Assembly: GCA_965202585.1 (NCBI GenBank)
Contig: OZ241827.1
Location: forward strand, 18,972,001-19,036,000
DNA from: Thalia democratica
Lineage: Eukaryota
Length of the DNA stretch: 64,000 nt
Reading direction: 5' to 3'
Position 1 is the stretch's first letter; every line of letters begins with the position of its first letter. The notes beneath the pieces are model-generated. The model did no database searches, was not told the DNA's origin, and worked only from the letters and a program-made list of their open reading frames with translations. Below, one piece after another: positions 49,351 to 60,900 of this stretch. Both the position numbers and the translations under genes were made by a program.

Positions 49351-50186
49351 TACCGCACTTTAAACTTCAAAATTTCAAAATATAGTTATTTTTTCTTTGA
49401 GCTAAAGTTTATTTTATCAAACTGAAATCATATGTAAAAATCCTTATATTTTAAGGACACTATGTACCTTTTATGCTAACTAAATATTTTAAGATAAATA
49501 ATTTGTTGAATAGTGAATATAGAGTCAGAAAAGCAAGTGTAAATTCCCATTGTTCTTTAATATAACCTCATTCTTAAAAAGATTTGACAAATAGTAAAAG
49601 TAGCAGGAAATGACAAATATTTCATGCAGGTTAGTATATTACTTGTGTTTTTGTTGTAAATGTTTTCTGTATAATCAAGTAGAAAAAAATCACACTGTTT
49701 TTTTTTTTAAATTTCGATTTAAAATAGGATTTTTAACTAATTTTTAGTTCAAATATAGTTGAAATTCACAGAAAATAGATTATGATTAAGATAAAAAAAT
49801 TTCTAATGTTAATTTATTATGAATTGTGTTAAGTTATTCCTAAACATTTATTATCAAAAACCACACTCATTCACTTAGTTGATTTATCTTAAAAAATAGT
49901 GTAATTAAATTTGTAAAGTTACTATCATAGTATTACAATTTCACTGTATTTTTTTGGTCTCACCCAAACATTAAAAAGCAGCATTGTTAAAAGATGCATA
50001 TAAAAAACCTACTAACAAAAGCTTACTTATAGTTAAGTTGAATTTAATTTAAGCCTGTTACTTAAAATATGTTTGCTTTGAATTCTCTAATAATAGAGTA
50101 CATATAAATCTTTAATGGTGTATTTTTCTTTTTTAATATAAAAAGTCCACATTTCCTTAGTTTTAAATTCACATTCATAACCAACT

Positions 50187-50601
50187 CAGATTTGCAACTA
50201 TCCAACTCAGATTTGCAAATTACCTAAAAAAATCTGGGATTTGACAATTTAGGCTAAAAAAAACTAGGAAATACCTTGATTAAAAAAAAAACCTGGAGTT
50301 TTGTACAAAAATCACTAAAAAACCTGAAATTTAAACAATTTTCACATATTCAGTAGTAAAACTTTGGTTTGACTAAAAACTCTATCATGTAAATTAAATG
50401 TTTTTTACATCACCAAATTTGAAAAAAAACATTTAAAAAAAAGGTTTACAGTATCTTTTCAATGTTTTAATACTATCTAAAACAGTTTTTTACCATAAAC
50501 TAAAATTCAAACTGAAAATAGACCTAAAATGTTAATTATAAAAACCTGGAAGATATTTAAAAAACCTGGAAACATTTTAGAAAAAACTAAAGGCAACTCT
50601 G
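50187..50601 (+). mobile_element. MITE family A with 6-bp flanking duplication CCAACT
   Basis: Termini cagatttgc/ggcaactctg. CCAACT flanks both sides (50181-86 or 50202-07; 50602-07). The empty site has one CCAACT at 47238-43. Confidence 0.8.
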
Positions 50602-51242
50602 CCAACTTTTTAAAACCAGCTTGATAACAAAGTCTTTATAAAAAAAAAATATTAAACCTAGCAGCAGTTCACAAACTAATGCTTTTGAACTCAAATGGTT
50701 AACATTAAATGAATGAAAATTCAAGTGTAGAATATTTTAACAATAAAAGCGTGTAAATTTGTAATTTTTTTTTATTTTGTACTAGTTAAATATATAACTA
50801 GTACTTACATGTGTATTTATATAAGTAACCTTATTTGTGCATATAAATGTAATAAAATATTACTTATCTTCAAGTTTTGGCTTTAGTTTTTAAGTAACCA
50901 CATGCTTTAAGGATGTGTTAATTTTTATGTCTTACTTATAGTTACAGTTTATTTATTTTAAGCACTGTCAATGAAAATACCACTTGATTAAAGTTCTTTA
51001 ATAAGAGATTACAAACAAATAAGTTTATTTGCATTTATGGATATATAAAATCAATGTTCCTTTATTATTATTTGAATGTTCTTAAACCATCTTACTCATT
51101 TTTAAAGCAGCATTATCTTATAACAAAACCTAAATCTTGAAATTAGAAGTTTTAAACTATTATTTTTTGCACACTAATAGTAAAGAGCAAATGCATGACA
51201 TTCCTAGTTTTAAAATCATCTTTTCAATTACAACCTCTAGAT

Positions 51243-51549
51243 CAGGGTTTTCCTAACTTATTTTTCAAAAGGCTTCATTTAAAGAAATTAATGGCCTCCT
51301 ACAAGTTTACTAAAAAATTTACTAAAAACCATCAGATACTCCAGAATATCTAGTGTAAGTTTCAAAACTATCAGATTTTTTTTTGTTTTTTTGATCTTCA
51401 TCTTCATCTGCACCTCCAGAAAATCTAGTCTAAGTTTCAAAATATGACCCGATGGCCTACCTGTGACTCCTTTACTGCTCCTGCCCCTTCCTCCCTTTTG
51501 CTGCTCTGAGCCCCGAAAAGGTCTATTTGGCCCACTTTGAACAAACCTG
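51243..51549 (-). mobile_element. hAT MITE family C
   Basis: Perfect 8-bp TSD CTCTAGAT (51235-42/51550-57). The rc start caggtttgttcaaagtgggcc matches 20646. Confidence 0.85.
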
Positions 51550-51671
51550 CTCTAGATTTGCAAAAGCTAAATATATTAAAAAATCTTCAACGCAAGTTTA
51601 ATTTACTGGTAGGGATTAAGTAAAATTTAAAAATATTCCAAGTCATTAGTATCATATTGAACTAATTAAAG

Positions 51672-52059
51672 CAAAGTTTCCCAAAGTGAACCAAATTGCC
51701 CTCTTAGGGGTATTAAAAACATCAAGGGGATCGTAAGCAGCAAAGGAGCAACAGGAGAGCCATAAGTAGTAAAGGGATCACGAGGGGGCAATAAGGTTAT
51801 AATTTGTATTTATTCTTGAGTTGATGACAAAAAGATTAAAATTAAATTAGGTAAATTAGGGGCTATAAACTGTTAAAATGACGCCACATGGCCATAATCT
51901 CAAACTTACGCTAGACATTATGACAATGACGATAAATGGAAAAAATAAAATGTCTTAGGCTCTTTTTATTCTAGTTTTTATAGAATTCTTGTTGGAAGGG
52001 TCAACAACTTTTTTCATTTTTTTAAAGGGATGCTTAAAAAAAAAGCTTTGGAAACCCTG
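51672..52059 (+). mobile_element. hAT MITE family C
   Basis: caaagtttcccaaagtg...ggaaaccctg with flanks aattaaag/atttaaag (7/8). Confidence 0.8.
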
Positions 52060-52142
52060 ATTTAAAGTTAAAGTCAATTAAAAAGAAATTAAAACCAACA
52101 GTTTTAAAGAAAGATTCCTAAACAATAAATGATTCATTTATA

Positions 52143-52563
52143 CAGGTTTGCCAAAAAACCGGGAGCTCTAGAAAGTCTTGTAATTTGACTATTTAGGCTA
52201 AAGAAACCTTGAACTACTTGAAACTATTAAAAGACTTGGAATTTTGAACTAAAATCACTAGAAAACCTGAATTTATAAACATTATTTACATGTTAAGTAG
52301 TAAAATTTTAATTTGACACAAACAAAAATCTGCGATATAAATAAAAAGGTTTTGTTATTGTTAAAACTTTTGTATTACAAAACAAATTTAAAGTAACTTT
52401 ACAGTATCTTTTAGATGTTTTTATACTACTTAGTAGAGTTTAGTAACTTAACTTTAAACGTAGGTTTTAATTAAAAATACATCAAAAAACGTATACTTTA
52501 AAAATATATATGATACTTTTAAAACCTGGAAGAAATTTCTCAAAAAAAAAAAGGGCAACACTA
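52143..52563 (+). mobile_element. MITE family A
   Basis: caggtttgcc...gggcaacacta with a body homologous to 15878 and 50187. Flanks tttata/gttata (5/6). Confidence 0.7.
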
Positions 52564-53824
52564 GTTATAGAACCATTAGTCTTGTTGTATATTTAGTAGA
52601 ATAACAAATCTTAATAACAAATTTTGCGAAAACCATTAAAATATTAAAAAAATAATGATAACCTGAACTAAATGAGGTTAAGTTACTTTTATCATTATTC
52701 AAGTTTTACTCTTTAGCTTTAACTTCAGCATGTTCTAAATTTTTGTTAGTAAGTAAAATATACTTTTATAGAAAATAAGCAAAAAAAATCATTAGTTTTA
52801 CTTACAGAATATAATGTAAAAGCTGAAAAAATTTATTATTAAAGAAAACATTTTTATGTAATACTGCTTCTCTTTTAGGATATTTAAATTTAGCATTTGA
52901 TAATTGACTCTATTGATGTAGTCAAATTTATAGCATACATCTTGAAGTTTGTTTAAAACATGTTTCTTAACTTTTAATATTCCAAAAAATAATTACATTA
53001 AAAAGAAATATAACTGAAGTTAAGTATTTGGAATAACAAACATATTTTATTTATGCTTTATTTTTTTGTAAAAAAAGTGTTTTATAAGTGTAATTGTCGT
53101 AGTATTAACTATAACAGATTTTCTATGAGAGTGTATAATTACAGTTAAAATACGGTAACACACTTTTAGATTCGCAACTACACTGTAATTTTTTCTTAGG
53201 CATTAGGAATATATAGTTTGTTAAAACTGTTAACTTTTATTTACAATTGTATATTAGACATTTAAAAAGTACTAAATTAAGTTATAATATCAAAATAATT
53301 TATAAAAAATTATAAAACAACTTTTCAAAAAATTATCTCTTGATTATTAATATTAAAGATCTAAAAGCTAATTTACAGAGAAAATGAAGTGAGAAATATA
53401 CTCGAATTGTGTTCAAAAACAACTCATTATGACAAGTATAGTGTGATTTGCTTAGCTATAGAAACAATTTTCGGGTACTAAACTTAATTATTCAGGTTTA
53501 GTTTAACTAAAAAATAACTTTCAATTAAATATTAATTATTAAAATGTCACTAAAACCTTAAGGACTAAGTTTGTTGGTCTTTAGCAAATTCAAAAAAACA
53601 TTATCAGTAATCAACCAAATTAATGGTTATTTAATTAGTTATATAGGTTTAAGTGGTTTTGTTTTTATGTAGTAAAAATACAGTTTAAATTGTAAGAAGT
53701 TTAATTTTTTAAAATTTGTCATTAATTATATTTCACTCGTTAGTTTTTAATATTCTAAGAATTAAAAATATGAAATCTTTTTTTTTTCTTACTAACATCA
53801 ACAAGTCAATGAAAAAGTTTTGAA

Positions 53825-56800
53825 GTTTGTAATCACTTAAAACATCTTAAATGGCTGTAGTAGCTTTTCTATCTACTAATTTTTCTGATGATGTTTTTAC
53901 TTTGTAAATAAGTTTTGATTAGTGTTATACGAAAATATACTAAAGTTAGAAACATTTTAAAACCATTTTATCTGGTACTTTTACAGGGAAGTTTATAATT
54001 AACAAACGTTATGTACTTAAATGATAGAAACTTGAATCAGTTTATAAAAGAATTTTCTGGTCCTCAAAACTCTTTGCGCAAGCTTTGTAATGAAGAAAAA
54101 GAAAAGTGTTGTAAAGAAATTGAAAATTTAGAGAAAAATTTTGAAGAAAGTAAAGAAGATTTGATAACGGAAGTGAAGGAAATTTTTCAGTATAACACTT
54201 CAAACTTCAAAACTCCCTCTCCAAACTTCAAGTACAAACTCGAACTAATGAATAATGATGATCCAGATTATATGATTTTGAAAAGCTCGCTTGATATAGA
54301 TTCTGAATTCACTACCTATTCAGTGATTGCATCAAAATATTATTTAAATGCACTTGAACAGAAGAAACTTGTGTACAAAATTTACAGAGTAAAAACAATT
54401 AATAAAAATATAACTGAGAATAGAAACTTTGATACTTCTAGTACACTCTTTCTTCATGGAACAAAAGGGTCATGTGTAGAAGGTATATTGAAAGAAGGAT
54501 TTAGACCATCACAATCTGGAAGTTATGGCCCAGGAGTGTATTTAACTAACAGTGTTTTTTATGCTTTCAAATATGGTAATAGTTTTGTAAAAGATGAGGA
54601 AACTCCTAAAAAATTAAACTACTTGTTTGTAAATAAAGTTGAAATTACTATTTCAAATGCAGACTCTGCAACTTCTAGTAAAGACAAGCAGGGTACAAAT
54701 TTAAGTAAAAGTAATTTTTCATTCGCATCTCCTAAAACTACTGCTTATTATGAAAATGGAAAAAAAAGGACTACTTCTATAAGTTCAACAAGTCGACAAT
54801 CAGAAAAAAGCTTAGAAGACTATGCTAATAATAAACCTTTCTTTAAGTTTGTTAGTAGTTTTCCCAAAAAATCAACAAGTTTCAAAGATTCACCTCAGGA
54901 TACGTTTGACAGTCAGAAGAACAAAATTCTAGAAGGTACATTTAACTATGATTTATTTAAAACAAAAATAGCTGTAGCCCATCATGACTTAGTTACTCCT
55001 GCATATCTGATAGAAGTTGAAGTTAAACAAAATGAAGAAGAAATTGTTAAAAATGTACTATACAGCACATTAAGTGTGCATAGCTTTAGTAAACAAGCTA
55101 ATACAAAAATCGAACCTAAAAATCTGTCTAAAAATTCAGAAGATAACAATTGTTTGAAAACAGCAAGCGACTATACTGCAGAACAGTTTTATTCAGAGTT
55201 AGAGTCGGAAATAAATCTAAACCAAAGAGCAAAAGTTGACTTTATAAAATCTCAATTTGATCACAAAGTTGTTTCACTAACTCAACAATTATCTTTTGAA
55301 GTAAGCAGTCTTTCGAAAACTACTAGTGATAGTTCTATGATGTATAAGACTGAACTATTAAAATCTACAGATGAAGATTATCAGTTTATCTTACGTTCGA
55401 TAAATGATCAGAAAACTAAAGTTAACTCTAAAGCTCTAAATGTATTTAGAATTATTAATCTTGATCAAAATCAACTTCTAACAATTCAAAATACTGAACT
55501 TATTCTTCACGGAGTTAAATGTGGCAAAGTTATGAATGTACTTAAGTCTGGTTATCCAAAAGATTGGGAATCTTATAATAAACAGTGCAAAAAAGATTGC
55601 TTTGGTGAAGACATTTTTCCCTCAAACAGCTGCTCTTGTAGAGCGTCTAACATGTTAACAAAAGAAATATCGAAAGGCACTTGTTACTCTAAAGTAGACG
55701 GTGAAATAAAAAAATTGTCTTTTGTGTTTGTGATAGGCTACGGAAAAGCAAATACAAATAATGATTTCGATGTTGAAAAAACTTGTTTATCTGGAGGCGG
55801 AAACCAGAAAAGACCTACAGATGTTGTTTCAGACAGCAGAGGTTGTTCAATTCTTTCTGGTTCTGAAAACGAGATCCAAGAACTCACAGTAGGGATGGTA
55901 CCTGCATATTTGATTATATTTGAAGCTTAATATATAAAAATAGTCGATACATTTTTGTTTTTGAACAATGTTTAATTGGTTATCAATTGTCTAACAGAGT
56001 AGCATTTTCTTAAAATAGTAAATTTTCAAGCGTTGCAAGTACACTAGATAGTTAAAGTTCTTTTTTTAACGAAAAAAAGCTAGACTTTTTATATTTTAAC
56101 TTTTTTTTTAAAGGATAATGGAGTTTTATTTAACAAGTATAGGTTCTCAATTATAAATTTAGTTTTACATAATTCATTTGGCTTAAAGATTGTTCAATTT
56201 ATACTTGTTTATTTAATTTTTTTTATTTCTTAAGTTTTGTTGAACAAATTTCTTTCAACTAACTTTTTACAGCTTTCTTTACATATAATAAACTGAATTT
56301 ACTTACCTAAAATATCTTAAAGTTTGTGAAATCGTTTTGTCGTTGTTTCTTAGTTCCTAAATTACGTAGTATAAATTATTTTTCATGCAATAGAATAAAC
56401 TTTCTTTAAAAATAACATTTAGAGTTTTTTTTTAATAAGTGTTGTAAAATCTCAATGTTGTTCTTACAAATAAAGAAACCTTTTTAGGTTATATGTAAAA
56501 ATTGATAAACCGTTTTTTTAAAATATTAGTTTTTGAAAAAAATATTTCTTTACTCAGAAATTTAATTAAATAATTATTAATTTCTATGTTTTCAAAAAAG
56601 TGGTTATACTTATTCTTGTTTCTAAATTTGTAGTTTTGTTTGTAAAAATTAATTAGTATACTTTTACTACGTAAGTACAGTGTAAATCTAATATAACATA
56701 TTTAAAATTATATTAAAGACCACTGAATACTGAACAACAAAATTTGATGCTTTTAAGCATTAAAGAATATACAAACAGAAAGATATCTTTAATGGAAAAC

Positions 56801-57845
56801 AAAAATTATACAAACATTATAAAACAATTACAAAACACAGTGCTTTAAAATATTTATAGTTTAAAAGAAGCAGTTGGCAACCTTTAAAATTAACGATTTT
56901 AAATTGTTAAAAAAGTATTTGTTTAGTTTTTTTTTTCTTTAAAACTTAATTTTGGTACAGATCATTTAATCCTAAATTTACAATGTTACTTAACAATAGT
57001 TTTAGTTAGCGATTCCTCAATTGTATAATTGGTTTTAGAGTTATTTATGTCTGCAACGGAACTACAAATCGCTTAAACCAAAAGGTCACTATTTTCAAAA
57101 GTTTTTACTAAATATTAACAAACATCACAACTAAAATAATGTTTTACAATTATACTTAATCCAAAGGTTCAGGTTTTGCATTAAAAAAAATTACACTTGG
57201 TAATGTTATATCACATACTTAATAATTCAATGAAAATTATTACAGACATTGAATTTCATTTATTTAAATTGTAGTTTTAAGAATACAATACATATATTCA
57301 AAACAGAGATTTAAACTACTTTTAAGTTACAAAAAATGAATTGATCATTTACCATTAAGTCGTTTAATGTGTATATAGTCAGAAGTAAAAGAAAAAAGTT
57401 CATGATCACTTTACATATAAAAAAAAACAGAAGAAATTACAAAATCAAAATTGCTCATTATCAATCAAACTAGATTATTTTTTGTTTATTGTTTTTAAGA
57501 TTGTTTTTTTTTATTCTTAATAGAAACAGGATACCTCTTAGCACTTAATTTTTATAATTTCTTAATGCTGCAAAAACAGCTTAAGTACAATAATTACCTG
57601 GTATGCAACCATTAAACTAATTACTATATGACAAAAAAAACTTTTAATAAATTAAACTAAAAGTTTTTTTGTGTATCACCTAAAATGTAAGTTACACTCG
57701 AGTATACTCATGGAAATTTTAAACAGTCCAAAAATTTGAAGAAATTTTAAGACTAGAGTAGAAGTGCATGGGAATAAATTTTGATTTTTAAACTCTTGTT
57801 TGTCTTATGTTTAAAAATTTTCTCTAAAATTTTTGTAGCTTGTAT
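53825..57845 (+). repeat. Segmental duplication copy B
   Basis: Colinear with 1-4085. Homology ends where the LINE 3' end begins. Confidence 0.9.
54011..55930 (+). CDS. 639-aa protein with two tandem PARP/ART-like domains (domain 1 H-Y-I type, probable mono-ART; domain 2 degenerate)
   Basis: Domain 1: YKIYRV...FLHGTK...ILKEGFRPSQSGSYGPGVYLT...LFVNKV...KIAVAHHDLVTPAYLI. Domain 2: VFRII...ILHGVK...VLKSGY...LSFVFV...MVPAYLI. An in-frame TAA at 53996-98 fixes the start. Confidence 0.88.
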   Translation: MYLNDRNLNQFIKEFSGPQNSLRKLCNEEKEKCCKEIENLEKNFEESKEDLITEVKEIFQYNTSNFKTPSPNFKYKLELMNNDDPDYMILKSSLDIDSEFTTYSVIASKYYLNALEQKKLVYKIYRVKTINKNITENRNFDTSSTLFLHGTKGSCVEGILKEGFRPSQSGSYGPGVYLTNSVFYAFKYGNSFVKDEETPKKLNYLFVNKVEITISNADSATSSKDKQGTNLSKSNFSFASPKTTAYYENGKKRTTSISSTSRQSEKSLEDYANNKPFFKFVSSFPKKSTSFKDSPQDTFDSQKNKILEGTFNYDLFKTKIAVAHHDLVTPAYLIEVEVKQNEEEIVKNVLYSTLSVHSFSKQANTKIEPKNLSKNSEDNNCLKTASDYTAEQFYSELESEINLNQRAKVDFIKSQFDHKVVSLTQQLSFEVSSLSKTTSDSSMMYKTELLKSTDEDYQFILRSINDQKTKVNSKALNVFRIINLDQNQLLTIQNTELILHGVKCGKVMNVLKSGYPKDWESYNKQCKKDCFGEDIFPSNSCSCRASNMLTKEISKGTCYSKVDGEIKKLSFVFVIGYGKANTNNDFDVEKTCLSGGGNQKRPTDVVSDSRGCSILSGSENEIQELTVGMVPAYLIIFEA

Positions 57846-59340
57846 ATTATTATTATTATTATTATATTGTTTATTTTGCAATGTTGGACTCAGCCATCAA
57901 AACCTGAGCCACTTAAACAGGACACACAGAAAGAGAACAAGAAAATAAACTTATATTCAAAACTTTAAGATAAATTATATATATATAAATATAATTTAAA
58001 TAAAAACACTAAGTTAAACACAATATGATATACAAATGAACTAAATTAAAAATTAAATTTAAAAAATTTAAACTTATATATTACTTAGTACACACAATAA
58101 CGAAGTTTGTCTAAAATCATCACTTATAAAACAAAATTCATAATTACAAAATAAATAAGTAAACTAATAGTTTGTAGGGGGGAGGCGTAGGGAAACGAAT
58201 ATTTTTTCTTTTGTTTATAGTGGAAAATTGGTGAATTTTACTAGTATTTATTGTATTTAAATAAAATCTTTTTAGCTTTAAACGAAATTGTTTTACCCTC
58301 TCACAAGATACTATATCCTGAGGTAGTCTGTTCCACATAGCTTTTGCTCTGTGAAAAAATGCGCCTTGCCACTGACTGTTTTTAAAATCATGTTTACATT
58401 TTATTTTCAAATTATTTCCTCTTAGTTGATATTTATTTTGGGAAAAGTTAAAAAAATGGTTAAAAAAACTTTTATATTTGCCATGGACAATTTTGTAAAG
58501 AGTTAATAAATCAAATTCCCATCTTCTATATTCCAGTGATTTCAAGCCAAATTTAATCATTCTATCATTATATGATGTGTAAGATATGTTGCAACGACTA
58601 CAAATATGACGGGTAAAACTCCTTTGAACAGATTCAATTTTGTTAATATCCTTTTTTAAATGGGGTGACCATATTTGGGTACTAAACTTAAGTTTAGGGC
58701 GAACGTATGTTTTAAATAGTTTTGTCAGAATTAAAGCAGAATTAGTTTTAAAACTTTTTAATATTTGATAACATGTAGTTTTTGCAATCTTATTTAAATA
58801 GTTGATATGTTCATTCCATTTTAAATCTTTGGAAATATAAATTTTTAAATCTTTAAAAACTTTAATTTCTGGTAACTTGATGTTATTGATTAAGAGGTCA
58901 GTTAAAGAAGATTTTTTTTTGTTAATGGTTAGAATTTTACATTTGCTGGGATTTAAGTTTAGTTTTCTTGTTTTTAACCATATGTAAATATTATCTAAAG
59001 ATAGTTGTAATGAAGTATTTGACTGACTAAAGATTTTGGCATTATCTGCAAATAAGCTTAACAAACTTTTAATATCAATGTTTGAACAAATATCATTGAT
59101 ACAAATTAAAAAGAGAAGGGGACCAACTACACCACCTTGTGGTACTCCACTGTAGATTGTTAAAGAGTCAGAAAGCGTATTATTGATGAGTACTCTTTAT
59201 GATCTATTATTTAAAAAGTTATTAAACCAATCAATCAAGCTTTCATGTAGCCCATACTGATTTAAAATTTTTAATAATCTTATGTGTGATACTGAACCAA
59301 AGGCTTTTTGAATATTCGTATAAACTACTTTAGTAAATTC
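57845..59340 (-). mobile_element. 5'-truncated, inactive CR1/L2-type LINE (RT C-terminal half)
   Basis: KAFGSVSH...SGVPQGGVVGPLLF...INDI...LFADNAKI (catalytic D changed to N), YVRPKLKFSTQIWSPHLKKDINKIESVQRSFT, LKSLEYRR, WNRLP. The 3' end has AATAAA and a (TAA)n tail at 57845-65. Degraded sequence may extend to ~60000. Confidence 0.9.
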
Positions 59341-60049
59341 ATTTTTGAGATAAGGAACTAACTAACAATGTAAGCATATATACAACTAATGTTTTATCGT
59401 ATTTTTCAAAATAAATTTTAAAGTTCATCTTTATGTTATTTAATAAATCATAACATTTTTTATTATTTTTCGTGATAAACAAAAATCTTTTAAATAACAT
59501 ATTGGTACGTCAACATTGTTTTTATCGGGCTAGATTTTTTTATAAAAGTTTATTTTCTTGTATAACTTGTGATGCTTGGTTTAAGCTAATAAAGTAACAA
59601 TCCAGATGATTTTTAATTAGTAAGTTTAAAAGTTTTTTCTTGGATTTGGCGTCGAAAATTAGGATTATTTGGGAACATGATCTTTTAAATTATTTTCTTC
59701 GTTATTTCTCTTAGGACTATTAGGTTTTTAGGATAAAACATCAATATTTTGATTCTGTTGTCTCAAAAAAAAGTTACTTTTATGTTCATTAGACTGTTTG
59801 AAATTATCAACAATATTTCGCAACTGTTGATATAAAGTCACGTTTGTGTTTACTTTGTAAGTATTAATGTTAAGGGTAGGTTCTGAAATATTTCCATCAA
59901 CTTCGCTCTTCACTCTACGATTTTCCAAAACCCCATCATCAGCGATCTCGGAATTTAAAAATAAAATTTTCTTCAACATTTTCTTTACAATCAACTGCAT
60001 CGAATAAACTTTTTATTGAAAAGTTATTAGAGACACCTTGCTTTATTAC

Positions 60050-60900
60050 CTTGCTTAGACTTGAACTTTATGATGTTTTTTTTTAATTGAATTAAAATTT
60101 ATTAGTATAAAACAAAGTTTTCTTCATAGGATAAACTTAGTTTTGTTATTTTATAAATTAGATAAAATAGTTTATTTAGGGCAAAGGGAGGGGGTAAATG
60201 ATTTGTTTATTACATTTAGTTTATTTATTACCTAATAATATAACATACTTTTTTTATTAATTAATCAAAAAAATAAAACTATTTTTTATTTTTGATCCTA
60301 TGTATTTTAATTTGTCTTTAACTTTATTCTGACATGTGGTTTGTATTATATATCAAGAATTTTTCCTGAAAGTTTGAAGTAAATTGGTTTAAAATTTAAG
60401 TATGAGGTAGCTTTTCAATGATTTTTTTATGAATTGCAAGAAAATTGGCTTTGACAGATTTTATACTATAGAGCTAAAATGGATTTTTTTTTTCAAATAA
60501 AGATTATTTCTCAAAAACTATTCAATTTTTCTATTATATTATTTTTATAGAGAAAGTATATATTAATAATTATTTTTAAATACAGCCAATGTTTTTTTTT
60601 AATTATTTTGATGTCCTTTATCATTACAAGTTATACTCACTTTGAATATATCATAAGCTTCTTTAAAAGTTTTATTTATAGAAGCCTTATGCTCTTAACC
60701 ATTTTTTAATGTTTAGTTGTTATGTGTTTAAATCTAAATACTAAAGTTTTTATTCCATAAGGTAATCATAATTGTATACTTTGATTTTTAATTTTTTACC
60801 AACTGAAGGTTTGGTTAACTGAGTGAAAAAAACTTTTAAAACAAAATGGTGACTAAATAATCTAGTAATTATACAAAACTATTTAAATCAAGTTTTAAAA
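60050..60900 (+). repeat. Dispersed repeat, direct copy of ~62740-63540
   Basis: Shared ttagacttgaa, gggagggggg...acatttagttt, ctgaaagtttgaagtaaattg and tagaagccttatgct...accattttttaatg. Confidence 0.8.

Larger units (their letters stand above)
46400..50830 (+). repeat. Local array of three diverged units (starting ~46430, ~47590, ~49410) interrupted by insertions
   Basis: Recurrent tacctttaatgcta...taaagat...ttgttga.ta.tgaa and gtagca..aaatg..aaata motifs. Units 1 and 3 also share aaaagcttacttatagttaa and gcagttcacaaact. Confidence 0.75.

Noticed and set aside
59728-60000. 90-aa ORF as an independent gene
   Set aside because: It lies upstream of the LINE RT on the same strand and is more plausibly degraded ORF2 linker.
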